A stretch of 64,000 nucleotides of DNA from Octopus sinensis (lineage: Eukaryota): assembly GCF_006345805.1 (NCBI RefSeq), contig NC_043006.1, positions 23,994,001 to 24,058,000 on the forward strand, in the 5' to 3' direction. The notes beneath the pieces are model-generated. The model ran no database searches and was not told the DNA's origin. It saw nothing but the letters and a program-made list of their open reading frames with translations. Positions 12,901-26,865 of this stretch are shown piece by piece (position 1 is the stretch's first letter; every line of letters begins with the position of its first letter). The position numbers were made by a program, and so were the translations under genes.

Positions 12901-14906
12901 ACATACATACAAAAATACCCTGTTTTTGATGTTGAAATTGGATCTAGATTAGAAACCAGCTCTTTCTCTATTGGCAAGAAATCTTGAAATAAAATTGAAC
13001 AATGACATGCATACATATCAATAACCCACAATGTGTTTATTGTATCAATAAACACTTATACTGCAATTTGGTCTGATTGATTGGGTGATAGATGAGAGAT
13101 CTGACCTGTTGATGCTAAAGTTGTTAAACCATTCCAGAAATTTCTTCATCAATAATGATATTAGTTGTCTCTATGTAAGATAAAAACACAGTTGCAATTG
13201 AAACGGTGTGTTGAAAGTTGCAGCATATCCTTTCGACAACATCTCCTAACCCCCAAATGTTGAAGTCCATCCATAGACTAAATCTTCCGAGGGGCAAGCA
13301 TGGTTGTATGGTTAAGAAGTTTACTTCCAAACCACATGGTTCAGTCCCACTGCATGGCAACTTGGGTCAGTGTCTTCTACTATAGTCTTGGGCCAACAAA
13401 AACCTTGTAAGTGAATTTACTTGACAAAACCTGAATGTGTGTGTGTGTGTATTCATGTCTTTGTTTGTTCTCTATCACCACCACTTGACAACCAGTAACT
13501 TAGAGATTTGGCAAAAGTGACCGCAGTCTCATGACTGAAACAAGTAAAAGATAAAGAAAAAGATAAAAGATAAAAAACATGTGAGGCTGATGACATCATG
13601 AGTTAGAAAGAAACTTCTCAGAAAGTATTTCGTTACTAAGGACCAGGGATATTAATCCAAAAGGAACTGCACAATTTTCCAGCAACAGGTCTTAAATAGA
13701 GAGGTTCTTTTAATCTTTTAGTGGTTTCAGTCATTTTGACTGCGGCCATGCTGGAGCACCACCATTTTAGCCAAACAAATCAACCCCACGACTTATACTT
13801 TGTAAGCCTAGTACTTATTCTATCGGTCACTTTTGCAGAATCGATAAGTTACGGGGACATAAACACGCCAACATTGGTTGTCAAGTGACAGTGGGGCAAA
13901 CACAGACACACAAACATATACACATACATATACATATGTGTGTGTGTGTGTATATCATCATCATCATCATCATCATCGTTTAACATCCATTTAAACGACA
14001 ATGATGATGATGATATAAAGAAACATTGATCATAGAACAAGCATCAAATTTGAGTGAACAACATACCTCCAAATATATGATCATATATACATCTGTCTCA
14101 ATTACATTTGAGCACTTCTTTCTTGCAGTCCTACAAACCCTTTTGTTTCCATAAAAAGAGACAAAAATTATATATATGTATGTGTGTGTGTGTGTGTGTG
14201 TGTGACTGTGTGTGCAAGAGTGGCTGTGTGATAAGTAGCTTGCTTACCAACTATATGGTTCTGAGTTCACTCCCACTGTGTGGCACCTTGGGCATGTAAA
14301 AGCACCCACTACACTCTTTGAGTGGTTGGGGTTAGCAAGGGCATCCAGCTGTAGAAAGTTTGCCAGATCACATTGATGATGATAATGATGATGATGATGA
14401 TAACCAGGGAAACATACATATGAAAATTTTCCAAGCGTGTCTTCTGTATAAAGAACATATAGCTAAATGTGTGTGTGTGTTGTGTGTGTGTTTGTTTGTG
14501 GAAAATTTGTGCGTAATTTATAAAGAAGTCTGCTTCTTTTCTATTTCTCATAGAGATTGGTTTAATTAAGCAACATGGAATCTTTGACAGATGACAGTCT
14601 TGAAAATATCCAGACAGTTTATATTTCATCAGTTAAAAGAGGTATCACTTTCTCTCTCTTTCTCTGTTTGTCAGTCTCTTTATAATCTCTTCCTTTCTCT
14701 CTCCCCCTCTCTCCCTCCTCTCTCTCTTTATCTTTCTCAATTTATTTGCTCCCTGTCTCTCACTGTTTTTACCTGTCTTTTTCTCTCTCTTCTCTTAGCA
14801 TGATTCTCTTCCTCTCTCCCTCTCTCATCCATCTCCCTCCTTCTCCTTCCCTCCCCCTCTCTCTCATCCCTCTCTTTCCTTCTCCTTCTCTCTCCCCTCT
14901 TTCTCC

Positions 14907-14950
<44 letters not shown>

Positions 14951-15682
14951 TGCACTCTGTTTTTCTGTCTCTGCCTCTCCCCCACTGCTCACCATTTCTC
15001 AAGCTCTCTAATTGGCTTGAGATTATTCGTAAAGTGAAAAATAAAAATAAAAATTGTTTTCCTTTATAAATTACAATAAAAAAAACCATATTCTTTGATG
15101 CCAATATTGTCTGATGTTCTGAAGTGATAGAAAAGCATTGTGGGATATGAAAACACTTGGAGAGTAGAAATGAAACAGTGGACATTTTGCTGCATTGTCT
15201 GATTTGTGCAAAGAAAGCCTTCATTTAAATCACATCCATTGAAAGAATGATGACTAATATTTCACCCTCCGTATTAACAGAGTATTTAACTCAGCTTGTC
15301 TTAACCTGCCTGGTGAACAAAAGGTTACACATCTATTTTAGTCCAAACATACAACAAAACAAAATATAAATAACTATCATTATATAAATAAATTTAAATT
15401 AGTAAAAATCACTCCAACTTAGGTATCGGTCCCACTGTGCAGCACTTCCAGTAAGTTTCCAATAAACCCCTTAGCCAACCAAAAACTTGTGAGTTGTCAG
15501 TGGATTTGGTAGATAGAAAACTGAATGGGCTTCTTTCAGTTTCTGTCATCACAAGGCTTTGATTGGCCCAGGGCAATAGTACTATAGTAGACGACACATA
15601 CTCAATGGGACAAGAAGTAGGACTGAACCTGGAACAATGTGGTTGGGAAGTGAACTTTTTATTCAAGCAGTCAGGCCTTTCG

Positions 15683-15736
<54 letters not shown>

Positions 15737-15751
15737 TCTCCCTCTCTCTCG

Positions 15752-15806
<55 letters not shown>

Positions 15807-15847
15807 ACTCTCTCATTCTTTCTCCCTATGTGTGTGTGTGTGTGAGA

Positions 15848-16140
15848 AGGCACATGGCCTAGTGATTAGGTGCATTGCACTCACGATCATCAGATTGTGG
15901 TTTTCACTCCCAAACCAGCTGCACATTGTGTTCTTGAGCAAAACACTTTATTTCATGTTGTCCCAGTCCACTCAGCTGTAAATGGGTCACCCCTGTAACT
16001 GAATAGCCTTCCGATCTCGGGGGAACATTAGCCTGCTTGCCTAGCCAGTGTGGTGGTATCATTTGAAAGCTAAAATGATGCAAGTCACATTGTGACCAGC
16101 ATGGTATAACAACATCTGATAATCTGCACAATCACATGAT
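15848..16140 (+). mobile_element. tRNA-derived SINE, second family (related copies about 28940-29245 minus and 51612-51875 plus)
   Basis: Head GGCACATGGCCTAGTGATTAG, central GTTCTTGAGCAAAACACTT...CCACTCAGCTGTAAATGGG, and a tail shared among the copies. Confidence 0.65.
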
Positions 16141-19037
16141 GTGTGGGGGCGGGTGTAAGTATATGAGTAAATAGGCGCATATATGTATGAGTGTGTGTAA
16201 GTATTTGCTGACATCAGCACTTCTCTAAAAATCACTCAGCTACAACCAGTGATGTCATTCCCCCTATCCTGTCAGCGAGTCATCTGCTGGCTTTGCCCCT
16301 TTAAAGACATATGAAATAAGGGACCCCTTACTTGAAAAACGGATAAGACTTAATGATTGGGAGGGCATCTGGCTGTAAAACAGTACCACAAAATTTTTAG
16401 TTAACCTATGCTAGAAAATAGACAAAATTCAATGCTGGAAAATGGACAAAATGAATAAATGAATGAACGTAAATGTGTGTGTGTGTGTGTGCATATTGAT
16501 GCATTTACAAGATGGTAAAAAAGTACTTGATGCATAGAGTAGAATGCATATATAATTTGTTTAAGAATTTCCCATAGACTTTAAATGTCATAAGTCTGTC
16601 GATAAAAGTTGTGTTACAGTGAGTTGTAGTTGCCTTAAAAGCTTCACTGCTTCCATAGCCAGTATAAACACTAGGAACCTTTCTAGTATAAATATGTAAA
16701 ACTCTGTCTATGCAATTGTAACAATCCTAATAGCTTCTCTCTTGATGATGTGTAACTTTCTACAGGATAAGTTTATCAAATTAAGGTCTCTTTTGGCAAT
16801 GGCTCTGAAACAAATAAAGCATATAGGGCTGAAGAATCTTTTTTAAAAAATGTGCTTGTAATATATGCACACATTCAGATATACAGAATGATTTCTTATT
16901 ACTTCACTATTGAAATATATCTGGGATCTAAATGATAGAGTAAAAATTATAAAATCAGTTTGACTAAGTGTAATACCTTTATACCAGCAAATCAGCCTCA
17001 CTCAAAAGTACCTTGGATCATAGGGTGACATGCCATGCTTGAGGAGACCTATTGAGACAAGTACATCAACATCAGCAATATGAAAATCAAATTAAATGGA
17101 AATTGTAGTTGTACCCTGTGCCGGTAGCATGTAAAAAGCATGTAAAAAGCACCATCTGAATGTAGCCGATACCAGTGCCGCTTTGACTGGCTTCCATGCC
17201 GGTGGCATGTAAAAAGCACCATCCAGTCATGGTCAATGCCAGCTCCTCTGGTCCCTTGAGCCTGTTGCATGTAAAAAGTACCCACAACACCCTTGGAGTG
17301 GTTGGTGTTAGGAAGGGCATCCAGCTGTAGAAACACTGCCAGATCAGATTGGCACCTGGTGTGGCCTCCTGGCTTCCCGGATGCCAGTAAAACCGTCCAA
17401 CCCATGCCAGCATGGAAAATGGACGTTAAATGATGATGATGATGATGATGATGAGTTTGCTATTAGAAACCCTGTCATTGGTTCCAGAAGCTGTGTTCCC
17501 TGTCTACCAGAGAAGTATAACATTCTATTGTAGCTATTTGTAACTTTGAACAAAATATCAAAATTGGTAAATTCTTGCACATACTGCCATTGTTGTTTAT
17601 TGAGAAATTTCCAGTTAGCAGATAAAAAATGTTATTTTCCCTACTCTGGAAGGTAGGCCTCATATTTTAACAACATGCATATATTCATCAACCTTGAAGG
17701 CATAAGGTTTGCAGTATGATCGCTCTGGGCACCACATTCAGTAAATGTCCTCTATCGTAGCTTAGTTTGATCAAAGACTTCTAAGTGAATTTTGGTGAAC
17801 AGAAATTGTGCAAAATCTCACGTACTTCTGTGAGTGCATATGCATGTACATCTACTTACATATGCATTGTGTTTCTGCTTATTGCCATGCTGATGGAATT
17901 GGTGTGTTGAATAAAATAGAATTTGCAGGATTTTTGTTTCCATCTCAGTTACCTTGTTTCACACCTAAGCAACTTTACCCTTTGCCTCTTATGAAATCAA
18001 TAAAATATATACCAAACAAAATAATGGCATTAATATAAACAACTAAGTCCTTGAAGGTAGTGCCCCAGAATGGCCACAGTCAAATAACTGAAACCAATAA
18101 AAGAACAAAAATATATGATCAGCATTTGAAGGTATTTAGAACTAGTATTGCATAATTATTATTATTTTTATCATTGCCATCATTTACTGCTTGTTTTCCA
18201 TGCTGGCTTGGGATGGACAGTTTAACTGGAGCTGGCAAGCTGGAGAGCTGCATCAGCTTCCACTTGTCTGTTTTAGCATGCTTTCTATGGCTGGATGCCT
18301 TTCAAAATACTAACCACTTTAGAGAGTGTACTGGGTGTTTTTGATGTGACACCAGACCAGTGTTTTTTCCATGGCACCAGCACAGCCACTTTTTACATGG
18401 CACCAGCACAGGTGCTTTTTACAGTGATGTAGCTAGAGAGTGTGCTACCTGGGGCAGCCCTTGAGTTTACCACTCAGCTCCACAGCCTGTACACACTTAT
18501 ACAGCAGACTCAAAGGCACTCCCCCAGAAAATCATCACTTTGAGCCATCTGAATTCTTTCATCCACTACCAGCTACACTATTTCTGTTATTGCCCCCAAC
18601 ATGAGAAATAAGTAGTGTTGCTATGTTCCTGTTATTGTATGGACATATTTCTATTGCATTTTTTACTTCATATAAATGATTTCAATTTAAATACAACCCA
18701 AATACCACCCAGTGTATGCCTTGTTGATAGACATAAGCTGCATACTTAATAACTAAATGATTTGTTTAAAATACATTATTTTCAAAAAACTGTTTTAATA
18801 TTTATTTTGCTTTGTGAGCATTGTTAAAAAATGCTTCAATTTCCAAGGCTTGTGCAGTTAATTTTTGAAATACCAGAACTGACATTCTATCAGTGGAGTA
18901 AGCAAGCAAGCATGGGAGAAAATGGGACAATCTAATGTTGTTGCAGAGTTTGTTTAGCCTCAGACCAGCTCTGATTGGATAAATAAAGGATCAAAACTGT
19001 TCCAGCTGTGACCATCCTGGATTTTTTTGTTTTTATT

Positions 19038-19260
19038 AGGCATAGGCGTAGCTGTGTGGTATGTAGCTTGCTTACAAACCACATGGTTCCAGGTTCAGTC
19101 CCACTGCGTCGTACCTTGGGTAAGTGTCTTCTACTATAGCCTCGGGCCGACCAAAGCCTTGTAGAAGACACTTGCCCAAGGTGCCATGCAGTGGGACTGA
19201 ACCCTGAACTATGTGGTTGGTAAGCAAGCCACTTACCACACAGCCACTCCTATGCCTATA
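19038..19260. repeat. Two SINE 5' halves fused in inverted orientation
   Basis: About 19038..19135 and 19161..19258 are imperfect reverse complements of the same SINE head. Confidence 0.8.
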
Positions 19261-19523
19261 TTTAACTTTAATTAAGAATTATCAACAAGTTTAAAATGTT
19301 GTATGGCATTCCTTTTCATTGTAAAGTTTTAAAATTCCTAGTCACTGAGATTACCATACCTCTGCAATGCAGATTAGCCTCTATATTTTTTCCTCAATAA
19401 ACTAAGATTAATATTTTTCACTGAATGAAGGTAGTGAGCTGGCAGAAGTGTTAGCATTGCCTCGGCAAAAAGGTTAGCAGCAATTTGCCTGTCTTTACAT
19501 TCTGAGTTCAAAATCTCCCAAGG

Positions 19524-19839
19524 TGTTGTAGCAAGAGTCAAGACACCCCCAGTGAGAATAAACTTAACCAAACAACTATAAATAGTAGTGGTCTGAGTGA
19601 GAGACAGAGAGAGAGTAGGCATTAATCGCAGGAAGTCGTAAGGTGTCGTTTTGGTAGTTTGTCGGAATATCGTTTGTTGGTTCATGTATAATTCATGGAG
19701 AGTTTGTTGCATTATTACATTGTTATTAACCTGCTTTGTTATATGTTTTATTGTTACTACATGGGTATAGTGTAAACAAGTATCGTCATTAATTGTGACA
19801 ATACTGCAATAAATGGCAACGAGTAACTAGGTTACAACA
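19524..19839 (+). mobile_element. Solo LTR (316 bp) inserted in a Nin-type SINE
   Basis: Termini TGTTGTA...TACAACA; 5-bp target duplication CAAGG at 19519-19523 and 19840-19844; internal TATAAA and AATAAA; SINE sequence resumes exactly across it. Confidence 0.9.
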
Positions 19840-20307
19840 CAAGGTCAACTTTGCCTTTCGTCCACTCAGGGGTCGATAAAATAAATACCAGTTGAGCACT
19901 CAATGATTCCAACAATAGGGGATCCTGTTGGTGCTGGTGCCATGTGAAAAGCACTTGTGTTGGTGCCATGTAAAAAAGCACCCAATACATTCTATAAAGT
20001 GGTTGCTATAAGAAAGGGCCTCCAGCCATAGAAACCATTCCAAAACAGGCAATGGAACTTGGTGCAGCTCCTATCAAACCAGCCAACCCATGCCAGCATG
20101 GAAAATGGATGTTAAATGATGGCGACAACGACAATGACATCAACCTACACAGAAAATAATTTGACTAATGCAAGTTTTAAAGTTAGCGAAATTGTTCAGT
20201 CGGAATTCATTGGGAATTTTATGATTGATTTTGAAATTTCCATTAATGTTACATGGAAATATAACTTTTTTTCTTGTATTGTATTGTTACAAATATAGAT
20301 TGCATCA

Positions 20308-20461
20308 TTATTTACATTATTTACATTCAACGGATATTTGTCCTCATCTTGTTTGTTATTAACACACCATTTCAGCTGATATACCCTCCAGCCTTCATCA
20401 GGTGTCTTGAGGAAATTTCAAACCTCGGTTCTCATTCCTAAGGTATTTTTCGATGTTGTTA

Positions 20462-20517
<56 letters not shown>

Positions 20518-20634
20518 ATTATTATTATTATTATTATTCTGGTCACTGCTTGGAATCGTACTCAGAATCTTGGGGTTAATAGCCCGCTCTCTTAACCACT
20601 ATGCCCGTAGTGTAGTGGTTAAGAGTGCATGTAT
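20308..20634 (-). mobile_element. tRNA-head/(TAA)n/HHR-tail element, copy 1
   Basis: Same family as 41589..41981. Short inverted head fragment at about 20606-20628; 12-bp duplication TAGATTGCATCA at 20296-20307 and 20635-20646. Confidence 0.8.
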
Positions 20635-21179
20635 TAGATTGCATCAGATTTGAAGAAGACAAAGTATGACAATGACATTTGTGATAATGACAACGATTAC
20701 AAGAACAATGATAATGATGATGATGATGATGGCAATGGTGATAAAGATGATGTTGAGGATAATAATGATTTTCATCATCTTCATCATGATCATTGTTTCA
20801 TGTCTGCTTTCCATGCTGGCATAGGTTGGATGGTTTGACTGACGATTACAACAATTGTGATTGTTAAGATGGCTATAATTACAGAGTTGGATATGATACC
20901 AGGTAAATGATGTGATGAAGATAACGTTATCATAATCATGATGGTGATGTTGATGATAATAGCAACAAGAATGATGACAATTATCATAATCACAATGACG
21001 GTTATGCAAACGAAGAGGACTTTGAGCTGACAATGGTAGTGTTGATGGTGTTGTTAAGATAATGATGATGATGATAAAATATTGCTAAATTAATTTCATC
21101 ATGCTGATGTTGGCATGGATTAAATTATAAAGGGAAGTCATTAGTGACGACTACTACGATTAAGATGCTAAGGATATAT

Positions 21180-21620
21180 AATAAAGAGGAGGAAGAGGAA
21201 GAGGAGGAAGAAAAGGAGAAGCAGGAGAATGGCAACAATGACGATGGAGGTGCTGGTGACAGAAGTGGCGGTGGTGAAGATAGTTATGGTTGTGATTATG
21301 ATGATAATGATGACGATGACAGCTACAATGATGATAGCAACAACGACGACAATGCTGATGGTGGTGATGGTGGGTGGTGGGTGATAGCAGCAGTGGTAGT
21401 GGCGATGGTAGTTGTGATGGTGGTGAGAGTGGTGGTGGTGGTGGTGGTGGTGGTGGTGGTGGTGATAGTAGTTGTGATGGTGGTGATGGTGGTGATGACA
21501 ACAACAACAATGTCTATGGTGGTAGTCATAATGGTTGTGATGACGATGAAGATGACGACAATGACGACGACAACGACGACGACGATGACGACGACGATGA
21601 TGATGATGATGATGATGATG
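21180..21620. repeat. Compound trinucleotide repeat (GAG/GAT/GGT/GAC)
   Basis: Visible directly; it is the source of the spurious poly-D/H/V/G ORFs. Confidence 0.9.
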
Positions 21621-21651
21621 TAACATTGTTAATTACTTTCTATTGCCAGTC

Positions 21652-21802
21652 ATGTCTGTTATGTCATCGTATTGGAAACAGCTGCAACTTAAGCAGATCA
21701 TGGACAATGTAATGAATAATGTTCTGTCTATAAACCAATTTTGGTCTTGGAGCATTCTGGCAATAATAATTGTGACAATGATTCTCAGGAACAAACGTAG
21801 CA
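21652..21802 (+). CDS. Membrane-anchored ankyrin-repeat protein, coding exon 1 (start codon and predicted TM segment)
   Basis: Acceptor tttctattgccAG at 21648-49, ATG at 21652, MSVMSSYWKQLQLKQIMDNVMNNVLSINQFWSWSILAIIIVTMILRNKRS, donor A|GTAAGT. The phase 1 end matches exon 2. Confidence 0.7.
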
Positions 21803-22711
21803 GTAAGTGTTCTTCATACTTCATTCCTCTTTCTGTTCTGTTTTTGACAATTTAAAGTTTTAAAAGTCTTCAGTTGATTTGATTTCGCTTAATTTTCCTT
21901 GTTATTCTAATAATTATTTTCAGGTGACATATTTTTGCTCACATATACACTAACACACATTCATCCATATATACATACACGCATGCACATAAGCACACCC
22001 ACACACACACACATGTACATGCGCGCATGCATACACACACACATACACACACATACATGAATTATCTGTGTGCTTTGACTGTCATATATCAGCATTGTTG
22101 AAAGGCAGCAACTGGCAGAATCGTTAACATACCAAGCGAAATGCTTAGTGGTATTTCTTCTACTACTATGTTCTAAGTTCAAATTCCGCCAAGGTAAACT
22201 TTACGTTTCATCCATTCAGGGCTGATAAATCAAGTAGCAGTTGCACTGGGGGGGGGGGGTAATCTAATCGACATGCCCCTTCCCCAAAAATTTCAGGCCT
22301 TGTGCCTAGAGTAAAAAGGATATCTTTGTTGTTGACATCATAAAAATTCATAAACTTTCAGTGAATGTGAAATATTTTTTCTCTTTTACTGGTTTATCTT
22401 GAAGCAAATAAAGCTATAGATAATGATAGTTGGGGGCAGCCTTTGATTTTTTTCTATGCAGAAGGGTTTCGACATTGTATTTACATACAATCATTTATAT
22501 TGTATTTACATATAATGTTTACATTCTTTTACGTATTTCAGTCATTCAACTGCGGCCATGCTGGAGCACCACCTTTAGTCGAACAAATCGATACCAGGAC
22601 TTATTCTTTGTTAGCCTAGTACTTATTCTATCGATCTCTTTTGCTGAACCACTAAGTTACAAGGACATGAATGCACCAGCATTGGTTGTCAAGCAATGTC
22701 GGGGGGGGGGA

Positions 22712-22755
<44 letters not shown>

Positions 22756-22917
22756 ACAGGCTTCTTTCAGTTTCCGTCTACCGAATTACCTCACAAGGCT
22801 TTGGTCAGCCCAAGGCTATAGTAGAAGACACTTGATCAAGGTGCCATGCAGCGGGACTGAACCTGGAACCATGTGGTTGGTAAGCAAGCTACTTACCACC
22901 CAGCCACTCCTGTGCCC

Positions 22918-22960
<43 letters not shown>

Positions 22961-23156
22961 CAATGGGCTTCTTTCAGTTTCTGCCTAACAAATCTACTCA
23001 CAGGGCTTTGGTTGGCACTAGGCTATAGTAGAAGACACTTGCCCAAGGTGCCCATGCAGTGGGACTGAACCCAGAACCATGTGGTTGGTATGCAAGCTTC
23101 TTACCACACAGCTAATTATCTTTTTTTACATACTATCAATATTTACATTCTATTAA

Positions 23157-23390
23157 GACAACAAGCTGGCAGAAACATTAGCACTCCAGATGAAATGCTT
23201 AGCAGTATTTCTTCTGTCTTTATGTTCTGAGTTCAAATTCCACCAAGGTCGACTTTGCCTCTCATCCTTTCGGGGCCGATTAAATAAGTACCAGTTACAC
23301 ACTGGAGTCGATGTAATCAACTTAATCCTTTTGTCTGTCCTTGTTTGTCTCCTCTATGTTTAGCCCCCTATGGGCAATAAAGAAATAAAT
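23157..23390 (+). mobile_element. Nin-domain-type tRNA SINE (representative; also about 19428-19900, 22110-22320, 37930-38140, 41167-41582, 46380-46590, 55230-55410, 57225-57390)
   Basis: GAGTTCAAATTCC B-box and GCCTTTCATCCTTTCGGGGTCGATAAATAAGTACCAG-type core; flanking duplication AATATTTACATTCTAT. Confidence 0.8.
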
Positions 23391-26277
23391 ATTTACATTC
23401 TATCATTTGTAGCTGTATTTACTTCAAAATACACTGTCTCCACCCCACCAAAAAAAATTTTAATAAAAACTAAGAATTATTTCATACTTATGTTATCTTT
23501 CATATGTATCTACATATGAATGTCTCTTTTTATATGTATTGGTTTGTCAGATAAATTTGTTCATATTCATTTTTTTCTGCTTGGCACTCCATCACCATAT
23601 GTCTGAAAAAATGCCAAATTTATTCAAATTCAAAATCAACAAAAGCACTCAGAGAGTGCAAACCTCCACCAAGGTAACACCAACATCCTTTCAATGATTA
23701 GCAAGGGAGGATTTTTAAAATGAGAATATCTCAAATGCTCTCACAAACGAGAATACCAAAAATGAACCCAACTGCTCTCAAAAGTTAAATTTTAAAAATG
23801 GAAAAATAATCCAGAATCCTTGCCTGGTACTGTATCAATCCCAAAATCTAATCAGTTTGTGCCAATCACAAGGCCAAACATCCCTGAAAGTTTCATCCGA
23901 ATTCATCCAGTAGTTCTTGAGATATATTGTCCATGGCACAACTGAAAACAATACCTCCACCTACATTAAGGCTTAAGTTGATTACATCGACTCCAGTGTG
24001 TAACTGGTACTTATTTAATCGGCCCCGAAAGGATGAGAGGCAAAGTCGACCTTGGTGGAATTTGAACTCAGAACATAAAGACAGAAGAAATACCACTAAG
24101 CATTTCGTCTGGAGTGCTAATGTTTCTGCCAGCTTGTTGTCTTAATAGAATGTAATAAACATAAGTTGTAGAGGAAGAATTGAGCTATGAATGAAAAAAC
24201 ATACATGAAACACTAATTATGATGTTAATTTGAATAACATTTTAAAGCATTAAAATAAATAGAAAAAAGCAAATGAATTTATCTGACAACCCCATATTTA
24301 ATCCTTTAAAATTCAGATTACTCTATCAAATGTAATCTTTATTTATTCACATTGTTTTGAATTAATCATGGATTATCTCATAGCTTTGAGATTTCAATGA
24401 TGTGATTGTTCATTTTAAGAATGACATTGTAGGATAGGCATGAGAGGCTGGATCTGCTTAGTTTAAACTTAAAAGTAGAATATTTGGGTCAGATATGGCC
24501 AGTTTAAATACTAACGGGTTAAATATGTGTCTACATTATATATATATATATTTATTTATTTTTATAAGCAAAATGTAGACAGTGACTTCAAAGTTTCAGC
24601 TTGTTTGCCAACTTAATTTAGTATTATTTGTGGATGGAGCAGAGTATATACAAATTTAGTGTGGTGTAAAAATGAGTTTGTCAAGAGAAAAGGGAAGTGA
24701 TTGTGTAAGGCAATGGAATAGAAAAGGAAAGGGAGAAAAAAATAGCGGCTGAGTTCCTTTCAAGTGTTGGGCCTCGTAGAGGCAAAGACTGAGACCTTTG
24801 GCATTATGTCATGCTTGAGAAGAAGACCCATCAAGCCAAGTAAAATCGTAGTCATAGCAGATACTGGTGTCACGCAAATTGCACCCATGCTGGTGGCATG
24901 TAAAATCTCCCATTACACTCTCAGAGTGGTTGGTGTTAGGAAAGTCATCCAGCCATTGAGAACCATGCCAAATCAGACTGGTGTCTGGTGCAGCCTTCCA
25001 GCTTGCCAGCCCTCGTCAAACCATCCAACCCATGCCAGCATGGACAATGGACGTTAAATGATGATGATGAGTGATAGAGTGGAGAAGAAAGGATAGTAAG
25101 GACAATTTTTCAAGTTAGACCAGGACCTAGCCTTGGGGATCTCTGTGGCCCATGCGGATCCATATAAGAGTTTGTTGTTAAAGTTTAAGAGTAATAGATT
25201 AGTTATACATCTACAATACACAAAATATTTTAATAATTTTTTTAATACAATCCCTAATAATAACTAATTATAAAAATATAAGGGGATTCTTTTGATATGG
25301 GTGCCAATCAGAATAAAATAGGAATCAAATGGGGTTCATAGACAAAAAGATGGTTGAGAACCACTGTGTTAGACAAAAGGAGTTGTGCTCATTTGAGAAC
25401 AGTTACTGATTAGCATTTAAACCAGTCATATCCGGTCTAAACGTTCTACCTGTTCTATGTTCAAACTGGTCAGTTCTGGTCTCATGCAACTACCCTACAA
25501 TGTCATTCTAAAAATATACAGTCATATTACTGAAATCTTGAAGCTACAAGATAAAACATGATTAATTGAAAACAATGTGAATAAGTATTACGACTGACTA
25601 CCTGACTGGCTTCATGTGCCAGTGGCACATAAAAAGCACTATTTGAGTGTGGTCATTGCCAGTGCCACCTCACTGGCTCCCATACTGGTGGTATGCAAAA
25701 AGCACCATTCAAGCATGGTCGATTCCAGTACACCTGACTGGCCACGTGCTGGTAGCACATAAAAAGCACCCACTACACTCTCAGAGTGGTTGACATTAGG
25801 AAGGGCATCCAGCTGTAGAAACCTTGCCAGATCAGATTGGAGTCTGGTGCAGCCTCCTGGCTTGCCAGTCCCCCAATCAAACCATCCAACCCATGCCAGC
25901 ATGGAAAACGGATGTTAAAAAGTGATGATGATGATGATGATTTGGTAAGGTAATCTGAATGTTTACAGGCTAATATTTCGTTATTTGATTATATGTTATT
26001 GTTTGAATCAGTTGTGCATGTGTGTTAAACCAAGTGCTAGAAGATATATTTGCATCACAGTTCATGTGACAGACAGATAACATTCAGGTCCTAATAAAAA
26101 ATCACATTTATTTTGATCACTATCTTCACCTTACTTGTACTAAATTGAGCTTTCTTAACATTTAACAGAAGAAATTTCTCTTATGCAAAATATCTGAGAA
26201 AGTTGAGCAATTCTACATGAGATCTATTTCTATTTGGAAAATATTTTAATTTGTAATTAAGTGATCATTTTTTACAG

Positions 26278-26366
26278 AAGCTAAAAAATCTTTCTATACT
26301 GAACTGACAAAGAAAAAAGACGATTTTAAGAACCCATATAAACTGAACATATACGATCTGTGTAAG
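26278..26366 (+). CDS. Ankyrin-repeat protein, coding exon 2
   Basis: tttttacAG|AA GCT...TGT AAG|GTATGT; (K)AKKSFYTELTKKKDDFKNPYKLNIYDLCK; 89 nt, phase 1 to 0. Confidence 0.8.
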
Positions 26367-26571
26367 GTATGTAAAACACCTTTTTTTTATCATTTTTGGG
26401 AGGTGTAACAATACAGATTGGTGGATGTGAGATGTTTCAGTACAATCGTTTTGGTGCTGTCTATTTGGTGTTACTGATTCAATGCTGACTTATTTAACAT
26501 CAGACATTTTAATGTTTCTCTCCTTCTCCCTTCCTTCCTCCTGTTTATGTGTGTGGACATATATTTCTTTT

Positions 26572-26762
26572 TACAGTTCTATATTTAAGAGATGAGGAAT
26601 TATGTACATTATTTACATTCAACGGATATTTATTCTCATCTTGTTTGTTGTTAACACGTTTCGGTTGATATACCCTCCAGCTTTCATCAGGTGTCTTGGG
26701 GAAATTTCGAACCTGGGTTCTCATTCCTAAGGTATTTTTCGATGTTATTATCATTGTTATTA

Positions 26763-26811
<49 letters not shown>

Positions 26812-26865
26812 AGTTCAGGTCACTACTTGGAATCTAACTCGGAATCTTGGGGTTAGTAGCCCAAG
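26572..26865 (-). mobile_element. tRNA-head/(TAA)n/HHR-tail element, copy 2 (head truncated)
   Basis: Minus strand reads AAGACAC-CTGATGA-AAGCTGGAGGGTATATCAACC-GAAACGTGTT and ends AAATATAGAACTGT. Confidence 0.8.

Noticed and set aside
16766-16850. Acceptor-like site with a short open frame (DKFIKLRSLLAMALKQ...)
   Set aside because: Ends in a stop with no convincing donor, so it cannot be linked to the gene.
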